From assembly GCA_965208575.1 (NCBI GenBank), contig CBDBOV010000004.1, forward strand, positions 160,001 to 224,000: a DNA stretch of 64,000 nt. Direction: 5' to 3'. The translations under genes and the position numbers were made by a program. This stretch comes from Spirochaetia bacterium (GTDB lineage: Bacteria; Spirochaetota; Spirochaetia; SZUA-6; Bin103). The notes under the pieces are model-generated. The model searched no databases. It had not been told where the DNA came from and was given only the letters and a program-made list of their open reading frames with translations. This document shows positions 59,901 through 64,000 of the stretch, in pieces; the first letter of the stretch is position 1; each line of letters starts with the position of its first letter.

Positions 59901-59978
59901 CTTGGCTGCCGCCGTGCGGTTGCCACGGTTGCCGGGCGGCTTGCCACGGTTGCGCTCCCGGCCTACCCTGCGATCGTC

Positions 59979-60788
59979 ATGGGCACTGCACAAGGGACCG
60001 GTACCGCAGTGGCGGAAGCGGCGATCGAGCTGACCGACGAACAGTTTGACGACTATCGCACCGAGGGCTTCGTGATTGTCGAAGACCTGGTATCGGAGGC
60101 GGAGCTCGCCGGCTTGCAGGAGCGGCTGCGCGAGTACACGCACGGCGGGCGCTCGCAGGCGCGCATCAAGGTGCAGGTGGAACCGCGCGTGAGCCGGGGC
60201 GAGCTGAGCGTCGCGCATCCCGGCGACGGCATCCGCAAGATCGACGGCCTGGTGGAGTCGGACGACCGGTACCAGGCGCTCGGCCGCCATCCAAACATCG
60301 TAAGCGTGCTCGGCCGCATTCTGGGGCCCGACATCAAGATGTTCCGCAACGCCGTGCTGCTCAAGCCGCCGGAAGTGGGCTCGGCCAAGGGCATGCACCA
60401 GGATTCGCCCTACTGGCCGATCCGGCCCATGGAGCTGTGCAGTTGCTGGTTTGCCATCGACGAGGCCACGGTCGAGAACGGCTGCATGGGAGTGATCGCG
60501 GGCGCACACCGGGACGGCGCCCTGCCCCACGTGCACGTAACCGACGACTACGTGATTCCACCCGAACGTTACGCCGCAGCAGCCAAGACGCTGGCGCCGA
60601 TGCCGGCCGGTGCGGGGCTGTTCTTCCACTCCCTGCTGCCGCACGCCACCGAGCCCAACCGCAGCGGCGCGTGGCGGCGCGCCATCGCGCTGTCCTACAT
60701 GAGCGCGCGCTCGACCCACACCGACGCCGGCGGCGGCCCGGTCTACTACCCGATCGCGGGATCTACCTTCGCCGGCTGCGTACGCTAA
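59979..60788 (+). CDS. Phytanoyl-CoA dioxygenase (PhyH) family protein
   Basis: YRTEGFVIVEDL, HQD (HxD), WFAIDEATVENGC, FFHSLLPH...NRS...RR. Confidence 0.93.
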   Translation: MGTAQGTGTAVAEAAIELTDEQFDDYRTEGFVIVEDLVSEAELAGLQERLREYTHGGRSQARIKVQVEPRVSRGELSVAHPGDGIRKIDGLVESDDRYQALGRHPNIVSVLGRILGPDIKMFRNAVLLKPPEVGSAKGMHQDSPYWPIRPMELCSCWFAIDEATVENGCMGVIAGAHRDGALPHVHVTDDYVIPPERYAAAAKTLAPMPAGAGLFFHSLLPHATEPNRSGAWRRAIALSYMSARSTHTDAGGGPVYYPIAGSTFAGCVR

Positions 60789-60873
60789 GCACCCTGTCGA
60801 ATCGGCGCCCGCTCGGCTAACGCGACCGCCGCCTTCAGGTCGCGACGTGTTGTTGCGGCGGTCGAGTGCAGTG

Positions 60874-60946
60874 AGCCAGAAAGGGGATTCGAACCCCTGA
60901 CCTGTTCATTACGAGTGAACCGCTCTGCCAACTGAGCTATTCTGGC
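60874..60946 (-). tRNA. tRNA-Thr (anticodon CGT)
   Basis: GCCAGAA-TAGCTCAGTTGGCAGAGC-G-GTTCA CTCGTAA TGAAC-AGGTC-AGGGG TTCGAAT CCCCT-TTCTGGC-T; CCA not encoded. Confidence 0.97.
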
Positions 60947-61010
60947 GTGGCCTTAAGGTAATGCTTCCGGCGCGAATGAGGAATACGTCAGCCGCGCGCG
61001 GGCCGCGGCA

Positions 61011-61853
61011 TCACTCTGCGCGCCAGGTGCCGTCGTAGCCGGTGTAGCCGTCGGTGTAGTGCCGCAACCGCGGCGGCAGGCGGCGAATGAGGGCACGTGC
61101 CGATTCCGGCAGCGGCCACGGCGCGTCGATCCGCCACGCCCGCGGCCGGAAGCCGATGCCGCACGAGTAGCGCCGTTCGGCGGTCGCCATGTTGGCGTGC
61201 AACGTGCGATCGGCGAAGCACAGCAGGTCGCCCGGCTCCGCGTCGACGGCGACACAGCCGGGTACGGCCATGTCGCTGCACACCGCCTCCGCCCCGAGCC
61301 GGCGGATTTGGGTACGGTCGCCAATGAACTCGAATCCCTCCGGCTGCCACTCCGGCAGGTGCGAATGCTCGATCACCGCCAGTCCGCTGCGGGCGGGGTC
61401 GCTGCCGTTCAGGTAGAACCACAGACCGCTCGGGATCGGGAACCGATTGAGGACCTCATTGGCGTTCCTGGGGGCGGTCCGGAGGTGGCCGCGAAAATCG
61501 ACGTGCCAGGCGCCCATGCCCTCCCCCGGCGTGCGCAGAATCGCGGCCGACCGGTGCAGGCACAGGTCGCGCGTCCCGTGAACCGCGCAGATGAACTCCC
61601 GGTACGGCGCGTGATCGACCAGTTTCCACACCGGTTCGCTCACCTCCGCGAACGCCATGTGGTAGCGGTTGGAAGCGGGCGGCAGGTCGCGCTCGGGGTC
61701 CAGGTGGCGGTCGATCGATTCCTTCAATTCGTCGACCAGTTGCGCGCCGATCATGCCGCTCACGACGCAGAAACCGTGCCGTTCCAGGCAGGCGATTGCA
61801 TCCAAGTGGGCGCCTGGCGCGAAGTGGTAGCGGTATGCAGGGGTGTCCGGCAT
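61011..61853 (-). CDS. PhyH family Fe(II)/2OG dioxygenase (divergent)
   Basis: LERHGFCVV, WHVD, GLAVIEHSH, PGDLLCF..RTLHA. Confidence 0.8.
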   Translation of the reverse strand: MPDTPAYRYHFAPGAHLDAIACLERHGFCVVSGMIGAQLVDELKESIDRHLDPERDLPPASNRYHMAFAEVSEPVWKLVDHAPYREFICAVHGTRDLCLHRSAAILRTPGEGMGAWHVDFRGHLRTAPRNANEVLNRFPIPSGLWFYLNGSDPARSGLAVIEHSHLPEWQPEGFEFIGDRTQIRRLGAEAVCSDMAVPGCVAVDAEPGDLLCFADRTLHANMATAERRYSCGIGFRPRAWRIDAPWPLPESARALIRRLPPRLRHYTDGYTGYDGTWRAE

Positions 61854-61868
61854 GGCGCGGCGATCCGG

Positions 61869-62455
61869 TCAGAGTCCGATGGTCTTGAGCAGATCGGGGA
61901 TCGCCGCCTTCTGCTCGTCGGTGCGCGGCCGCATTGGCGCGGTCAGGGTGTCATGATCGATCACGCCGAGCAGCTTGAGCGCCGCCTTGAGACCTGCGAA
62001 GCTGCCTGACCGGCCGCTCCCGAGCGTGGTGAGGCGCGCTGCGGCGAGCGAGTTCCCGTGGTGGCGCAACGCCGCCTCGCCATCCCCGCGCTCGCCTGCA
62101 TTCCACTCGCCCGCCACGCTTGCCGGCGCCAGGTTGGCGAGGCTCGGCACGACCCCGTGGGCGCCGATGCCGGTCATGGTGCTGCGCCACGTGGTGCCGA
62201 GGAACCGGTACGGGTCGACGTGCTGCGTGCGGCAGCGCATCACCAGCTCGGCGAATGCCTCACCGGTCCCGGAGTTGTCCTTGACGCCCGCCACCGTACC
62301 CTCGACGGCCAGCCGCACGAAGGTCGCCGGCGCAGCGATGCGGTGTCGACCTCGCCGGCCGGCGTGAGCGGCGTCAGGATCGGGACCATCACTCCGCGGA
62401 TCGGGTCGCGGTCACGGGGCGCTGCACGGGTCTCGGTGGTGGCGGTGTCGGTCAT
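61869..62455 (-). pseudogene. Dihydrodipicolinate synthase family pseudogene (internal deletion + frameshift)
   Basis: N-terminal IRGVMVPILTPLTPAGEVDTASLRR is joined out of frame to PATFVRLA...VAGVKDNSG...GAHGVVPSLANLAP...LKAALKLLG. Confidence 0.8.
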
Positions 62456-62608
62456 GGCAGTAATCGGGGCTCCTTGTATCGTTGCCGGCGTGCAACCGGT
62501 TGCCTGCGGCAGGCACGTGTCGCCGGGCAGGTGTATCATCCCGATCATGGGCCATCATCACAACCGGTTCAGCGTTTCCGCCGCGTCCGCGCGGGGGTGA
62601 CCGGAGCC

Positions 62609-63322
62609 ATGAACGTCGTGCTGTTCGACAGCGACCGTCGTGCGCAGAGCGTGCCGATTGCCGATCCCCGTGCCCGCCACCTGCTGGAGGTCCTGGGCTG
62701 CCGGCCGGGCATGCAGTTCCGGGCAGGCGTCGTGAACGGTGCGTCCGGCCTCGGTACCGTGGCTGCCGTCGAGCCGGATCGGATTCGAGTCACGTTGTGC
62801 TGGAACGCGGCGCCGGTCGCCCTGCCCGACATCACGCTCATCGTCGGGCTGCCGCGCCCGCCGAGTGCCAGGAAGATCCTGTACCAGTGCGCCGCGCTCG
62901 GCTGCCGGGCCATGCACTTCGTGCATACCGGGCTGAGCGATCCCAACTACGCCCGGAGCAAGCTGTGGCGCGAGCACGAATGGCGCCGGCACCTGGTGGA
63001 CGGAGTACAGCAGTCGGCCGCTACCACCATGCCGGAGGTGACCTGCGGCATGGCGCTGCGCTGCGTGCTGGAACGCTCAGCAGCGGGTTGCACCGCGGTG
63101 GCGCTCGATCCGGAGAGCGGTGCGCGGCGTCTCGGCGTGGCCCGCGTGCGCCTGCCGCTGGTGCTCGCGGTCGGCCCGGAACGCGGCTGGAGTACGGACG
63201 ACCGTGCCACGCTGGCGCGCCATGGGTATACCCTGTGCAGGCTTGGAACGAGGATACTGCGCGTGGAGACCGCATGCGTGGCTGCGATGGCGATTGTGCA
63301 GGCGCGGCTCGGTGAGATGTAG
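62609..63322 (+). CDS. rsmE: 16S rRNA m3U1498 methyltransferase RsmE
   Basis: SD GGAG; ARHLLEVL, ALG, AVGPERGWS, LGTRILRVETA. Confidence 0.92.
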   Translation: MNVVLFDSDRRAQSVPIADPRARHLLEVLGCRPGMQFRAGVVNGASGLGTVAAVEPDRIRVTLCWNAAPVALPDITLIVGLPRPPSARKILYQCAALGCRAMHFVHTGLSDPNYARSKLWREHEWRRHLVDGVQQSAATTMPEVTCGMALRCVLERSAAGCTAVALDPESGARRLGVARVRLPLVLAVGPERGWSTDDRATLARHGYTLCRLGTRILRVETACVAAMAIVQARLGEM

Positions 63323-63392
63323 GCGCCCGCTCACCGAACGGTTGGGCGCCGTCCGGTAGGTGGGGTGCCGCGAGCACCGGGCGGAGCCGGTT

Positions 63393-63998
63393 CTACGCCA
63401 GGAGCCCGTCGAGCACCAGGGTCGCGAAGGCCTGGCCGAGGCGGTCGCCCTCTTCCACCAACCGGCGCGACTCCTCGTCGCCAATCTGGGCAAGCAGTTC
63501 GATGCCCATGAAGATCGCGTAGACCAGCCGCGCCGCGGCGGGCACGTCCAACGGGCGCATGGCACCGCCGGCGATCGATGCGTTCAGAGAACGTTCCGCC
63601 CGCTCGATGCCGGGTTCCAGGAGGTCGCTGCGCACCTGCTCGGCGAGCTTGTCGTCGGCAAGCACCGCCGACAGCACGGCGAAGAAGGTGGTCATCTGCG
63701 GATGGGCGTGGCGCACGCGATTGTTGATGGCGCGCCGGTAGCGTTCATGCATGCTGGCTGCCCCGCCTCCGCCGCCCACCACCTGGGCGTCGCCGATCAC
63801 CCGCTGCAACACGCCGACGAGCAGATCGCGCTTGCCCCTGAAGTGGTGATAGAGAGCACCCTCCGAGAGGCCCGCCTCCGCGGCGATCAACTTCGTGGTG
63901 GCCCGTTCGAAGCCGCGCTCGGTGAACACGGTCGCCGCCGAATCGAGGATGTGTTCGCGTTGGGCGGACGCGTACTTTCGACGTGCCGTTCCGGCGTC
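63393..63998 (-). CDS. TetR/AcrR family transcriptional regulator (5' end beyond window)
   Basis: QREHILDSAATVFTERGFERATTKLIAAEAGLSEGALYHHFRGKRDLL HTH; frame is open to the window edge. Confidence 0.92.
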   Translation of the reverse strand, partial: DAGTARRKYASAQREHILDSAATVFTERGFERATTKLIAAEAGLSEGALYHHFRGKRDLLVGVLQRVIGDAQVVGGGGGAASMHERYRRAINNRVRHAHPQMTTFFAVLSAVLADDKLAEQVRSDLLEPGIERAERSLNASIAGGAMRPLDVPAAARLVYAIFMGIELLAQIGDEESRRLVEEGDRLGQAFATLVLDGLLA

Positions 63999-64000
63999 GC

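Noticed and set aside
53124-60874. tRNA-Thr-anchored genomic island
   Set aside because: No integrase, no duplicated tRNA 3' end seen, and no obvious compositional shift.
60871-60874. tRNA lacking encoded CCA
   Set aside because: Common in bacteria; CCA is added post-transcriptionally.
62318-62340. Programmed frameshift in the DHDPS-like gene
   Set aside because: No slippery sequence, and essential catalytic segments are absent, so a deletion explains it better.

Overview
High-GC bacterial chromosome window, almost entirely housekeeping genes, in a gene order I recognise as spirochaetal (from recalled Borrelia/Treponema/Spirochaeta order; no search was run). The order is yebC(3' end)-ruvCAB-queA | tmk | OM protein-exbB-exbD-tonB-tamB-bamA-skp-yqgF-mutS-comF-rimP-nusA-infB-rbfA-truB-ribF-rpsO-pnp-M16 peptidase-propeller protein-lptF-lptG-tgt-murJ | long spirochaete-type greA | rpe-dtd-recA-scpAB-rluB-cmk-rpsA | bcp, UroD-family, tsaD, yibQ-like. 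An accessory stretch (~53-62.5 kb) follows with SRAP, an NHL propeller, two Gfo/Idh/MocA, DinB, PMM/PGM, two PhyH dioxygenases, tRNA-Thr(CGT) and a deleted DHDPS-family pseudogene, then rsmE and a TetR gene running off the end. I saw no integrase, transposase, prophage, CRISPR or defence system. The most interesting signals are: (1) a short, non-canonical TonB-box outer-membrane protein plus ExbB/ExbD/TonB translationally coupled to the TamB-BamA-Skp operon; (2) candidate ACG start codons in 8-nt overlaps (truB, murJ); (3) repeated leaderless promoter architecture; (4) a 100-bp element with mutually exclusive pairings upstream of a PhyH gene. All are inferences that need checking.
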